DNA of 64,000 nucleotides, taken from contig NC_043000.1 in assembly GCF_006345805.1 (NCBI RefSeq), positions 76,880,001-76,944,000 of the forward strand, in the 5' to 3' direction. This document shows, piece after piece, positions 12,801 to 25,319 of this stretch. The translations under genes were made by a program, and so were the position numbers. Below the pieces are notes generated by a model. The model searched no databases. It was not told the origin of the DNA and saw only the letters and a program-made list of their open reading frames with translations. Source of the stretch: Octopus sinensis. Its lineage: Eukaryota. How positions within the stretch are numbered: position 1 is the first letter of the stretch; each line of letters starts with the position of its first letter.

Positions 12801-13088
12801 CTGCCAATTTTCAATCCTGTTTTGACTTGTTGCACCCATACTCCCGCACCAATTGATAAAGCCGAAGAGAAACTCCTACATTCAAGTACGTGTGAGTACG
12901 CCCTGTGCGCATCGAGTCAAATGCATTCTATCTGTAATGTTTTTTTAAACACATAAATTAGGGATTCTGTGTAGTGCGTGCATGTTCAATGGTTCCAGTT
13001 TTAGCTAAAACTGGAAACCCTCGAATTTTGAGCATTAAAAATCTGAAAATTGGCGATCGCTTCGCGGATCCCAGTTTAGGAACCAAAG
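9822..13088 (-). mobile_element. Full-length but decayed hAT DNA transposon (Buster/Charlie type)
   Basis: TIRs ccttggttcacaaact / agtttaggaaccaaag (13/16); perfect 8-bp TSD GCTTAGAG (9814-9821, 13089-13096) with central TA; transposase fragments on - (KPSRLKRH, LSNNTV, QVDETTD, HCTLHCQAL). Confidence 0.92.
12300..12800. mobile_element. Long-TIR non-autonomous element nested in the hAT (TGT...ACA ends)
   Basis: Arms 12300-12486 and ~12639-12800 are reverse complements; flanks ctga / ctgc. Confidence 0.75.
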
Positions 13089-13249
13089 GCTTAGAGGAAA
13101 CATTACTTCAAGTAAAATGTTCACTACATCTTCAAGAGTTATTTCCCCTAGTTTCCTTCTCACAGATTTCAGTCATACGCAGTTGTTTGACCTAGTGTAA
13201 ATAGTAGCCCTCAAATTACACAGCCTACCATCTTAAATAAATATATATA

Positions 13250-13635
13250 GGCGTCTGGTAAGAAGCTTGCTTTCCAACCACATGGTTCTGGGTTCAGTCC
13301 CACTGCGTGCAACCTTGGGCAAGTGTCTTCTGCTATAGTCTTGGGCCGACCAAAGCTTTGTGAGTAAATTTGGTAGACGGAAACTGAAAGAAGACCGTCG
13401 TGTATGTATATATGTATTTATGTGTGTGTCTCTTTGTGCCTGTGTTTGTCTCCCCCACTATCGCTTGTCAACCGATGTTGGTGTGTTTATGTCCCCGAAA
13501 CCTAGCGGTTCGGCAAAAGAGGTCGATAGAATAAGTACTAGGCTTACAAAGAATAAGTCCTTGGGTCGATTTCTTCGACTAAAGGCGATGCTCCAGCATT
13601 GCCACAGTCAAATGTTTGAAACGTGTGAAAGAGTA
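13250..13635 (+). mobile_element. SINE-like repeat pair: tRNA-like-head element (13250-13400) followed by a second short element (13440-13635)
   Basis: Related copies at ~29206, 46065, 49625-50000, 52555, 54715, 59500 and 63520; B-box-like gggttcagtccc. Confidence 0.75.
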
Positions 13636-14354
13636 AATCAAAAATACATTGTTTTTCATGTCTTCTACAACTTAACTAAGTTATTTCCCCTAGTTCCCTT
13701 CTAAAAGATTTTAGTCAGTATGCATTACTTGACCTGGTATACGTTCAAACTACATCCCATCATCTTATAAAAATGTATAGATAAAGAATACATCGTTTCA
13801 TGGAGTCTTCTATACACCATATCTAAACCCAAGATGAGGTGGTACCAGCTGGAATACTTTGGATAATAGGTCTGCTCAATATATGCTGATCTCCACCTTT
13901 TTGTCATAGTAACTATGCACTTGTTGTAAAGGGGCAGAATTAGTATATTTTCTTAGTCGTTGAAGGAGATTTGAGCTTTTGTCAAGTACCAATATCCACA
14001 CGATTCTACAATACTATCACTCCTCTTTTCAATACCATCACACATTATTGTATCATCACCTGACACTCCAATACCATCATTCCACTCCTGTGTTATCACT
14101 CCACTCTCCAGCACTGTCACTCCATTCTCCACTGGTACCACTTTTCATACAGCTGTAATTGGGAATATAGTATAATCTATATGTAAGTTAAACTGAAACA
14201 TTCAGGGTGCAATGTAGGCTATTTTCCTAACAAGTGCAGTATAATAATATTTTAGAGAGAGTATTTGAAAAGAATGACCTTCATTTCATTGGGCTGTTGT
14301 TATTTTACACTCTACTCTGGTACGTTACATTGTTTTAGAGGCAGTATTAAAATG

Positions 14355-14570
14355 TGAGGGGTGTTGAAAAGTTCCTGGCTTTGAGCAAAAGAAAATACAG
14401 GCGGATCAGTTATTTATGATTTTATTGAACATATTCTCCCCTCAGATTTATTCACTTATTGCAGTGGTCCTTCAGTTTTGCTAAGCTCTGTAAAAGAACT
14501 TAGAAGATTGGGCTTCCAACCAGGCCTTTTGCAACACTCTTAAAGCCTGGAACTTTTTAGCACCCCTTTG
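14355..14570. mobile_element. Tc1/mariner-like MITE
   Basis: TIR gaggggtgttgaaaagttcctggcttt / aaagcctggaactttttagcacccct; second copy at ~59697-59908. Confidence 0.75.
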
Positions 14571-15052
14571 TACATAATCATGTCGGTTATCTGGTACTTT
14601 ATTCTCTTGCAAAAATATACACCTGTTTTTTGTTTAAGAACAGTGACTGAATAGTAGGTTTCATGGTTCACTGATTTTACATAAATATTAAAAATAATAA
14701 ATACTCTAACAAATGGAAAAATTGCCAGTCATGCAAGTAAAGAAATTTGAATGTAAAACAACAAAGAGGCCTTTACATGTTTACTTGGTTTGTTAGAAAT
14801 AGTACCTAAATCTCCCTGAAACCATTCTTTCCTGTCTTAAAGAAAAAAGGACATGTTAGATAATGTAATCTGAATAACAGTGAAAATAGTTATGACTGGA
14901 ACACCTTGAATCATAGATTCAACTTAATTACAGTTGACTTATGGCTAAAGAACAGTAACAACAACTATTACAGTAATGTCAGATTTAAAATGTGAAAAAT
15001 AGAAACTGCATATTTTATGATTGAAGTAAAACCTTTTCTGTTTCCATTGCAG

Positions 15053-15130
15053 GTGTCGATGCCAGTGGAGGTGATTAATGTATGGTGTGGTGTTGATCAC
15101 ATGGTTGCTCACTGTCGAGCATTCTCATGA
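15053..15130 (+). CDS. RCC1L: RCC1L terminal coding exon, VSMPVEVINVWCGVDHMVAHCRAFS*
   Basis: tttccattgcag acceptor, phase 0, TGA at 15128-15130; matches the RCC1L C-terminus (V.MP.E...V.CGVDHMV). Confidence 0.95.
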   Translation: MSMPVEVINVWCGVDHMVAHCRAFS

Positions 15131-17789
15131 CCTGTCCCATGAATCTGGTTAATTACTGTATTAATGTTTATACTCTGCATATTGTAGCTGTTATTTGTTC
15201 ATTACTTTTCCCTATTTTGGTTGTCACTGATGCAATTTTGGCTCTTGATATTTGTGATCTGTAGCAGTATCCATTTAGTGTAATTCTGTCCCTTAATGTC
15301 TATGATGTCTAGCAGTGTAGTTCTGTCTACTTCTGACTAAGCTCAGTATGGAGCTAATTACTGCAAGAATATTTTAAGTTTTCATTCAATTCACTTCACA
15401 TTTTCTTTATAAATAGTTTATTTGCCATGACTGGGTTGAATAGGTTGTGGTGTGTTCAGCTTGTGACATTGTGTTAGTTAGCCATGTTGACTTTGTGTCT
15501 ATTGCATTTATGATATAACACTACTATGTGACATCCAGTAGGTTATGTAATAACTATATAACATTGTGTTACATTGATGGCCATGTAACATTGTAAACAT
15601 TGTCTTAAGGTATATTACACTGTCACACATTTTCATATATAACTGTTAAAATGTTCAAAGCTAAGTCTTTTCAGATGAACATCAGCTACATCAAAACAGC
15701 TCCTTGTTGTGATGGTAGAACAATGTTGTACATTGATGTATTTTGTTGAAGAACAAACACTACAAGATGGTGCTAACAAAACTTAAACTCATAACCTCAG
15801 GTTCCTAATGTTGCTCTTTAATCAATTATTTGTATTAATCCTGTTGTTGTATAACTACTTGTTATTTTGTCTATATTTTAGTCTGTGTACACTGCAGTGT
15901 AGTGGTATACTCTCAGTGAATAGAGTTTAGGGCCATGTTCAGTTTCTAATTGTAGCTATTTCTCTTAACGTCTTACTTTGTTTAAAACATATCACACATC
16001 TTCCCCTCCACAGCCAAGGACCTATAATGTGGATTGATAGTGAGATCGAATTTGACAAAGATCTTAATTACTATTCTGAGAAAGAATGAGATGAATTCTA
16101 GCCTGTCATAGATTCAGTCCCAAATATTCTGTTTGACCTATTATCTACTCCAGGCATTCTTTATTTGTAATTGAAATTTACCACATTAAATCAAGTGTAC
16201 TCTAATAAAACTTCATGGAAAATAAAAATTAAATATACAGAAAATTACATTTATTTCGAAAACTTAATCTATATCATATGCCATAAAGGAGCAAGAGGGG
16301 ATTAAATGTCATTAAATATATCTATGTAAATTTTATTCTATCAACAGTCCTGGTCAGTCTAAAATAAATAGTAAAATTTAATCTCATTTCATAAAAATAT
16401 AACATTAATGTTAGTTTTCAATGCTTCATTGTGGTTATCAACTTTTCTCAATCAAATTGAACATCTAACTCTCATTCACTGTGATGTTTACTTTCTGTCT
16501 CACTTTTTAAATCTGTTCACTTGCTATAAATCTTAGCAAGAAATTATGAACTAATATTTCAATGATTTAAAGAAATTTAAAACATTGAAATAAATATAAG
16601 ATGGAATAAAAAAAGATATTTTTTCACGCAAAATCCTGATTTCTAGAAAACTAAGTTCCCCATCTCTGATAGAAAGACATCCAACTTCAAAAGAACCTGT
16701 CTTAACAATTGAAGAAAATGTATAAAGTTGTTCAACCATTCAATTCTAAGCCTGTTCATAAATGTAAATATATTTAACAAAAAAATTGTTCTAAATTGAA
16801 GAAAGAAGGGAACTTTGCTAAGTTTTCTGAAAATGTATTTTAGAATAAATATAGTAATATATAAATTGTACTTTGTTTTGTTGTTTTTTACCATTGTAAA
16901 ATAATAAAATCACAGAGAATTATTAGAGAGAAACTGGTGATAGTTGTAGAAGTGATGAAAACTTTGTTACATTAAACATTATTTACCAAAGAACAAATGT
17001 GATACCAGTATCTCCATTCTATTTCTTGTTATATGATACTTTGCAATTAAAGACTTCCTGGATTTTTAGTTAGTATAAAACATTTTCTTGAAATGAAGCA
17101 CTCTTTTTTCTATATGCTCTGTTCTCCAGTATTCATAGGAATGTTGACAAATAGCCACCTGGATTCTTAATTCCCTTTCATTTACCATATAGCTATACTA
17201 TAATAATACTGTTTATTAATTAGTTTGGAGTATGTCACTGTCTAGAAATTCTTAAAAATTCTAAATTTTTTTTATCATCAAAACATGGTTTCCAAGTTTC
17301 TTTTAATATTGAAGATTTCAACTCCAGAAATAGGGGTTTTTCTAACTCTGAGATAGCATTCCCTCTTTGTCTTTTCTCTCTCATTCACGCCATGACATTA
17401 CTGTCTACAGTCATATTAATAAAAACACTTCTCCAAATTACAAGTTTAATTCAGCATCAACCAAATTATGTTGATTCCAGTATGAAAAGAAATGCACATA
17501 CTTCTCACTCTCTAATGACACTGTATGTACAGGCAGAATGAAATGTTTTCCTTGGAGCTATATTTACTGTATTATATAGCATATGTCAGAGCCTGTAGTC
17601 TTCATAGCATCACACCTAGTATATAAAGTTTCAAACCCCTGGAAAATTGTCTCACACCAAAATACTAACTTTTAATTAATGAAATATATGCTAAATTTCA
17701 TACATTAAATTAGAATTTCTACAATAACTTTGACAATATATTCAATACGCTTAAAATATGCATATATAGGAAGCTCTTATAAGTATCAT

Positions 17790-18065
17790 CAAACAAATGA
17801 ATGGGTATTACATCAAGTAGGTGAAAGATAACAACTCTTGAACATAGCTATCTATTATGGCCATATTTGAAGGAGCAGAAGTTTGGAAACTATTATGGAA
17901 AGAAGAGTAGAGGGTAGTAGATCAAAGAGCAGGCAAAGAATGCCATAGATAGACAATATTAAGAGCTGGTCGGACAATAGTGGCAAGGCAGCTAGAGAAC
18001 TCATGCTTAATTGGGAAAACTTTCATTGTGTCATCAACGCACTGCAGGAGTACAGTACATGATGA
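17790..18065 (+). mobile_element. Old RTE-clade 3' fragment
   Basis: Degenerate GHI.R...LE...M..RVEG.RS..RQR..W.DNIK.W reading. Confidence 0.55.
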
Positions 18066-20029
18066 CAGTCACTACACATATTAAGAAAACTACTGCACTT
18101 AGCATCCCTAAACAGCATGTAATCCGAACACTCGCTATTAGTCTAGTACTGAGGATCTCCACTAACAAATATACATCAACATAACAAAAACAGTATCTCA
18201 AATTTGGCCTTTCTCTTCAGGGCCAGGAAATATTTCAGACTGTCTTCAGCTATTAGCCCTCTAAAAAACAAATAGCTATAAACTATAACATCAACTGGAG
18301 GATTTTTGAAGGATTATGGCCTTATAAAAAAAGAAGTGGCTTATGCATTGTGAAGAACAGTCTGATACTAAAAACAATTGCTTCAACAACAAAACAAAGT
18401 AACTGGACATGATGTTGTGTCCAGTTATGTTAAATATGTAGGTTTCTGAGGTAGTGAGTGCATTGAATCAAAGTTTTGGGACATATCCATATCTGCTTGT
18501 GTTATCTCCCCAGCCAACAATATTACATAACCTTTACTGAAGAACAGCTTTTATTTTAACCATGTATGTGGGATACAACTTTTTAAAGTTTATTCTTTTT
18601 GTTCACTGATAATCTTTCATTGTTAATCTTTTATTTATAGTTTGGAATAATAACCTAAGTCCTTTTTCACCACACCATCAAAATAAAGCAGTTGTTTTTT
18701 TTCTTAAAGCCACATTTTTGTAGTTGGTCAAATGATGGGAACCATATTGTAAATGACCAAAACATGATTGGATTGCAAATTGTTAACTCGAAGTTACTTT
18801 CAGCAACCAGTAATTGGTTTTAGTTTTATTACAGAAGTGTTGTATCCTTGTTTTAATGTTTGGTTTGTATTTTGATATTAATAAAACTTCTATTGACAAT
18901 ATTCAAATATTTTGTGGAATTCTATATAAATGGTAGGTTTGACATTTTTCCTTCTGGTTTTGTGTATTGTACTAACTACAATGGCTCTTACTTGCTCTAA
19001 CTGCATACACACTTACTTCCCAAGGTCACTCAGTGACACCCATCATTCTCTTACCTCTAATGATTTCTATGACTCTTCACTACTCGGTCACACACTGTTA
19101 CCAACATCTATCTGTAACACATATTTTTTGTTTTTTGCTAAATCGTGTAACTGCCATCAGTTTCTCTTTTTCATCACTGTCCTATTACTCCTTCCTCTTG
19201 TTCCAATCATGTTATTTCTTCTTTATGACCTTATGTCATCTTCTGCAATACACCATTTCTTTAGTGTTAAGTGGGAAAGCACTGAGAGGACCTGTTAATC
19301 TTGCTGAAAACATGGCAATCTGGAGGCCATGATTAGATGCATCCTGTACACTCTGAAAAGTGGTCGGAATTGTAATCTTAAAGAAAAAAAAGCACATTAA
19401 CTCCTACATATACTGTGTTGCCACAGTATGCTATTGTAGCAAATTCTGATGTGAACAACCACTTTGTTGGACATATCCTGGAAGCAGGATACTTACACTT
19501 AAATCTCCATCAGTTATGCTGATTTTATCCAATGTCCTTACCAACAACAATCATGTAGCTGTCACTCTTTATATTACATGACCCTCTCTGTTACATCTCC
19601 CCTGCTCTTTCGCTCTAGCTCTCTTCTACTACTCTATCTTTCTTCTAGCACACTATTTGTATGAAGGATGATATGAATGCAATGACTGTTACCAACTCTG
19701 TCCCAGATGGCTATTCTACTCCATTTTCACCAACCATGGGTCTATTAGCCAGATGCCAACACATCTTCCCCGTTTCTTTACTTATACATCCTATCTGATG
19801 CCATGGAGACAGCATCAGTTTGTCACTGACAAACTTATCCCTATTTTCTATACCAGCCTGAAGGTCTGATGTAGTGTAGAGGACACCATTTGAGTCAACC
19901 ATTATGATCCAACAAAGCTTATTCTGATAATCTGGGCTAGCTCTCTACAAATATCTCTACCATATCAACTCTCTGGCTACCCTGTAGCCTAGTATGCCGG
20001 CAACTACTTATAAGCAAGAAATTAACATA

Positions 20030-20690
20030 AGCACAAGGCAGGAGGGGTTAGTTAATTACATTTACCCTAATATTTGGCAGGTATTTTATTAACTCCAGAA
20101 GGATGAAAGGCAAACTTGACTGTGATAGGATTTGAACTCAGAATGTCAAAGGCCAGAAGAAATGCTACAATGCTTCAATTACTGCCATTTGCCACCTCAA
20201 TAATAATAGTTTCAAATTTTGCCTCAAGGACAGCAATTTTGGGAAAGAGGAGGAGTCGATTACAGCAACCCCCAGTGTTCAACTGGTACTTATTTTATCA
20301 ATCCTTGAAAGGATGAAAGGCAAAGCTGACCGTGGCAGAATTTGAACTCAAAACGGAGCAACAGGTGAAATACTGCTAAACATTTTGTCCAGTGTGCTAA
20401 TGATTCTGCCAGCTTGCCGCCTTAATAATAATAATAGTCCTTTCTACTGAAATTTGTGGGAAGGGGGTCACTTGATTGCATTGACACCAGTGCTTGACTG
20501 GACGAAAGGCAAAGTCGGCCTGGGTGGAATTTGAGCACAGAAGGTAAAATCAGAAGATATGCTGCTAAGCATTTTGAATTACAGGTGCAACTCATTTTTA
20601 CCAGCTGAGTGGACTGGAGCAATGTGAAATAAAGTGTCAATGCACCACCAGTTTTTGAACTCATGACCTTAAGATTGTGAGCCAAATACT
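20030..20690 (+). mobile_element. Cluster of short interspersed repeats (aataataat...ggcacaaggcc...gaaaggatgaaaggcaaag family)
   Basis: Three adjacent related copies; further copies at ~21170, 44560-44880 and 45250-45470. Confidence 0.7.
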
Positions 20691-21698
20691 CTAATCACTA
20701 AAACACACATCTTCACAAGATCTTTATATTCAAACAAAAACAAATAAAAATAAAAAATAAAACCAACAAGTCTCTTGATTACGAGATTTCTTATTTTTAA
20801 AAAAAATTTTATTTTTTCCTCTTTATGTCCCCACCCCATCAATTCCAATCCCCCACTATTGTTTTTGTTATACATTTTTTTGTTGTTATGTTTTTCTTGG
20901 ATCAATTTTGTACAATTTCATACTCCTCACTTCCATTTTGTATTTGATTTTCTTATTTTTTTTTCAACCAAACCTTTCCCTCAATTTTTTCTATTTAAAA
21001 TCTTTCATCAACCACATTTTTCCCTCTTCGTTCACCCTCTTGTCCCCGTCATCTATACCATACATTCATTATTCCGGCTAAAAAAAATGTTTTTTTTTCA
21101 ATTGTTTTCTTCACTTTTTGTTATTTTTTAAGCAGATAAAATTATTTGTTTACAAAAAAGTAATAATAATAATAATTTCTAATGTAGGCACAAGGCCACA
21201 AATTTGGGGGAGGGGTTATGAGGTGTTAGTCAATTAAAATGCCCCCAGTATTGACAGGTACTTTATTTTACCAACCCCAGAAGGATGAAAGGTGAAGTTT
21301 ATCTTAGTGAGATAATAATAGTATAATAGTAATAATAATAACAATAAAAATAACAATAATAATCTTTACATTTGTCAGTTTTTTTGTTTTTTTCATTTAG
21401 TTTTGTTGTTCATATAATTGTTGTAGTTATTTCTGTAATTGTTATGCATGTGTATATGTCTGTGTATGTATGTGTTTTTTTGTACCAATGAGAAATGAGC
21501 GTGTGATCAATGAATATGTATGTATATATCTTTTACAAGTGTGTGTATGTGTGCATGCGTGCAACATGCATGTGTAAGAAATGTGTGTGTATATATGAGT
21601 TCCTTGTGCATGAATGTGTGTGTCAAATTTTATGATGGAAAAATTATATATGTATGTAGACATACATATATACACACACTTACACACATATCTCTATA

Positions 21699-21736
<38 letters not shown>

Positions 21737-21942
21737 GATATATATATATAAACAACAAAACAGCAGTAATCAGATGTAATAGTAGTAGTAGTTGTAATAG
21801 TTATAAGAGTAGTAGTAGTTAGGCTCAACACTAGGCTTCCATGGCCCCAACGGAAGGATTAAGGAACTCCCCCCAAAATACATATAAAGCCTTGGAAGTT
21901 GATGTTTGGTGGAGGGGGTGTTGGTGGTGTTCCTTTGCCGCC

Positions 21943-22106
21943 TCAAGCATAGAATTCCTTGTCAGGAGCCTTTGTATAGGAGTAGTTGCTCTTGGTTGGC
22001 TCATCCAGTGGGTAGCTGCCCTCATCCTTCTTGCGCATCCGATAGACAATGAACATTGTGAGCAGGATACAGACAAAGAGACCAACAACGGCACCAGCAA
22101 TGATGG
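21943..22106 (-). CDS. Sdc: Syndecan terminal exon (TM + cytoplasmic domain), AIIAGAVVGLFVCILLTMFIVYRMRKKDEGSYPLDEPTKSNYSYTKAPDKEFYA*
   Basis: ttgttttag acceptor, phase 1; GxxxG TM helix, C1 motif RMRKKDEGSY, C-terminal PDZ-binding EFYA, TGA stop. Confidence 0.97.
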
Positions 22107-22761
22107 CTAAAACAACAGAATAGACAATAAAGTTTATAATTTTAATCAGCAGAAATTACAAAGAAACTGAGGGTTATGAGTTTTGTGCATGGCACTTATT
22201 AAATAGGTTTCAAATTGGGAGTACGTCTTTTATAAAGACTATCTTAAAATGGTAAATATAATTATCTTGGGATTCTTCTAGAAAGAATTAGATAAAATTA
22301 GATTTTCACAAGAATAAGGCTTATTTTTCAAATAGTCTGCCAGTTAAGCAGTTCAATAAATGAATAAATAAAATAACATAAAAATAAGGTCTCTAAGGCT
22401 ACAAGTTCTAACATTAAAGAGATTCAAACTATATAATTTAACTTCTGTGACCATATTTTATGTAATATGGGGTTCATTTAATTATAAAGAATTTGTAGTG
22501 ATTTAGTAGAATAATAAACTTTCATTAATTAGGTTGGTGTTGGGAATAATTTTAACTTAAAAAGTTCTTAATTATGATGGAAGATATAAATTTAGCCTTA
22601 GCAATTAACTCAAGTTGGCCCATACTGACAACTGGTAACCAGATGATATAACATGAAATATCTAATGAGAGATGAGGAAAGAGGAAGATAATGGGAGGTG
22701 TCCTGAAAGCAAGGTTTAATTTTAGACACTAAAAGGCTTAGCTAAAGATGTTTTAACTCAC

Positions 22762-22857
22762 CTGCCATGATACCTGGTTCTTCTGTGGCACTTTCATTTG
22801 GTCTGGGTTCATGTATCAGACCATCATCATTTGGAGCTGAAGACATCTCACTTGATG
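22762..22857 (-). CDS. Sdc: Syndecan juxtamembrane exon, SSSEMSSAPNDDGLIHEPRPNESATEEPGIMA
   Basis: Long polypyrimidine + cag acceptor, cag|gtgagt donor, 96 nt, phase 1-1; EPGIMA joins in frame to AIIAGAVVG. Confidence 0.9.
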
Positions 22858-23169
22858 CTGTTGGGAGAGAAGGTGAGGAAAAAAGAAATTAAGTAGGTAA
22901 TATGTTTGGTTAATAGTGGAGGATGATAATGAGGGAGGCTGATTCATTAGTTGCCTGTGGAAAAGAAAGTAAGCTGATTGATTGACAAAACTGGGCAACT
23001 GTGAAGAGGAATGAATAGAGATATATGTATGGAATGACAGTGGATAGCTGAATAATCAGCATTTGATTGGTTTAGCTATGTAGAGACTTGAATTGAGTGA
23101 ACTATGTAGAAAAGCAACTTGATTTGGTGTTACGTATGCAGATGTTAAAACATTGCTATCATGTTGCTA

Positions 23170-23400
23170 CCTAACAGGTGGACTTGGCAACAATGGCTAG
23201 AATGAGATGTACATGGAAGTGCTTTCAGAAACTGAATGGTGTGATAAGTGCTGTAAATTATGGGAGTGAGATATGGATGTCACAAAAAGAAATGGGATAA
23301 AATGACTGGTCATGTCCTAAGGAAAGATGAAAGAGAGGAAGGGGAAGAATGAGAAAAACTTAGCTAAAGATGACTAAAGAGAAAATGAGGTTGGTGAGTG
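23170..23400 (+). mobile_element. Highly decayed RTE RT fragment
   Basis: ARMRCTWKCFQKL and YGSEIW-like readings. Confidence 0.45.
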
Positions 23401-24102
23401 CAGTGATGAAAATAGAGTAAAATGGTGAAAACTGGCATGGTCCTGCAAGTATAACCTCTGTTTTGGCATGGAAAATGGTGTTTTAACACTTGTATATAAT
23501 GTCTAGAAGGATTAGTGAAAACAATCAAATCATTTGTAGGAGCAGATCTCTTCTTTTCTGCTAGGCATGGTGGTGAATATATTACATGAATTATTAGACT
23601 TGTGTGAGATCACTCCATCGTTATATATTTCAAAGCTAATATCTAGGATAGTTGTTCCTTACAATACTATTGTAGTCGCTTTGGGTTTGCACACTCCATT
23701 GTCCTTAAGGCACAGGCAACACCATGAAGAATTGTTTGACCCGAGTATTAGTTGATTATTGACCGATAATTTATTTTATCAAGCCTGAAAGGATATAAGG
23801 CAAAGTGGACAAGATTTGAACTTAGAATTGTAAAGGTATTTCTTCTGGTTCTCTACTTATTTTGCCAATCCACCAGGGAAGATTACATAAGTGAGTGTGA
23901 GTGTGTGCATTAGTGTAAGTGTGATTGACAGCGGGAACAGGATATTTTGGGGTGATGCATACATACATGCATAGATATACATGCATGCATTTGTGTGTGT
24001 GTGTGTGTGATGTATGTATATAATGTATGTATGAGTGAGTGAGTGCCACTGTAAAAGATTTTATTGTGTGTGTGTAAGAATCTCTTATACTGCTATACTT
24101 AC

Positions 24103-24154
24103 AAGTAGAAACTGACGATATACTGATACGGGGAGTTGACAGCTTTGGTTCAAC
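24103..24154 (-). CDS. Sdc: Probable syndecan ectodomain exon, VEPKLSTPRISISSVST
   Basis: tttttcatattttaaacag acceptor, t|gtaagt donor, 52 nt, phase 0-1; bridges the phase-0 donor at 45530 to the phase-1 exon at 22857. Confidence 0.7.
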
Positions 24155-25319
24155 CTGTTTAAAATATGAAAAACATTGAAAAAATAACATCAAAATATCA
24201 AAATAATATTGTACATGTAAGAGATAATGGCAGTATCCCTGGCAATAAAACCATATTTAGAAATAAAACCCCCAAGTGTTGGCCAAAGAAAGAAGAGTAG
24301 CCATAACTAATTTTTTAGAATATCTAAGACTAATGGAAGAGAAGGAAGTTATCCTTAAACCAGAGATCTGGTCTGCATGCTTGAATCAGAGGAGGACTTC
24401 ACTAATAGCACATTAGGACCAGGTGTTGTTAAATTCAGTGATGGATTACATCTACAACAAGAATGGCACCTTTAACAGGTTTCCACACAGTTTCTATCTG
24501 GAAACTGAATTTCACCCATATGATTTTGACTTTTAGGTTATGGTACCAAGATGCTATGCAATATGATTGACCCTCAAGCTACATGGTTGAGAAAGAAACT
24601 TCTTAACCAGACAGTTGACTTTGCACTCAATTAAAGAGAGAGTGACAAAGAGAGAGAAAGAAAAAAAAAAGACCAGCTCTTTCATAATGTGTAAAGCTGT
24701 AACTATGGTGTTTATAATATTGTGTCTATACTGTGGACAAGAGATGAATTTCTAAGTGGACAAGAGATGAATTTCTACAACTCTAGGATAAGAATCTATT
24801 ACAAATAATACATTCACGAACTCTAAATTATCTAATTGGACTGATAATTTGACTGTATTTTATTTCTATAATATTGAGTCGGTGAAAGATTAGTCACTTT
24901 AGTCTGATGGATATAGAGCTAGTTCATCTTGGGTAAACATTCATGTAAAGTTATGTATTAGTGTTCACAGAATAAACAAAAGACTAAGAAAAATATATAA
25001 ATACATTTGGCAAATATCACAATGAAACATAACCCCCCACCTTCACTCCTTTAAAACTGACATTCTAACACCATATTCACCAGGCCATTTACCTTGTAGC
25101 TCATGTATTTTACAAAGGAAAATAAAAGGCATCTATTTATTACTGGATATCAATTTAAATTCCAGAGTTGCTTCTTCTAGCTTTCTTTACCAGAATTACT
25201 CATTAAACTAACAGTTCTTTCTCACTACAGGAGTCGTTTTCATTAATTAAAACTATATTGGCTCTTCATTACATTAATTATGTTAACAACAATTAATCAC
25301 TAATATACAATCTGTTCCT

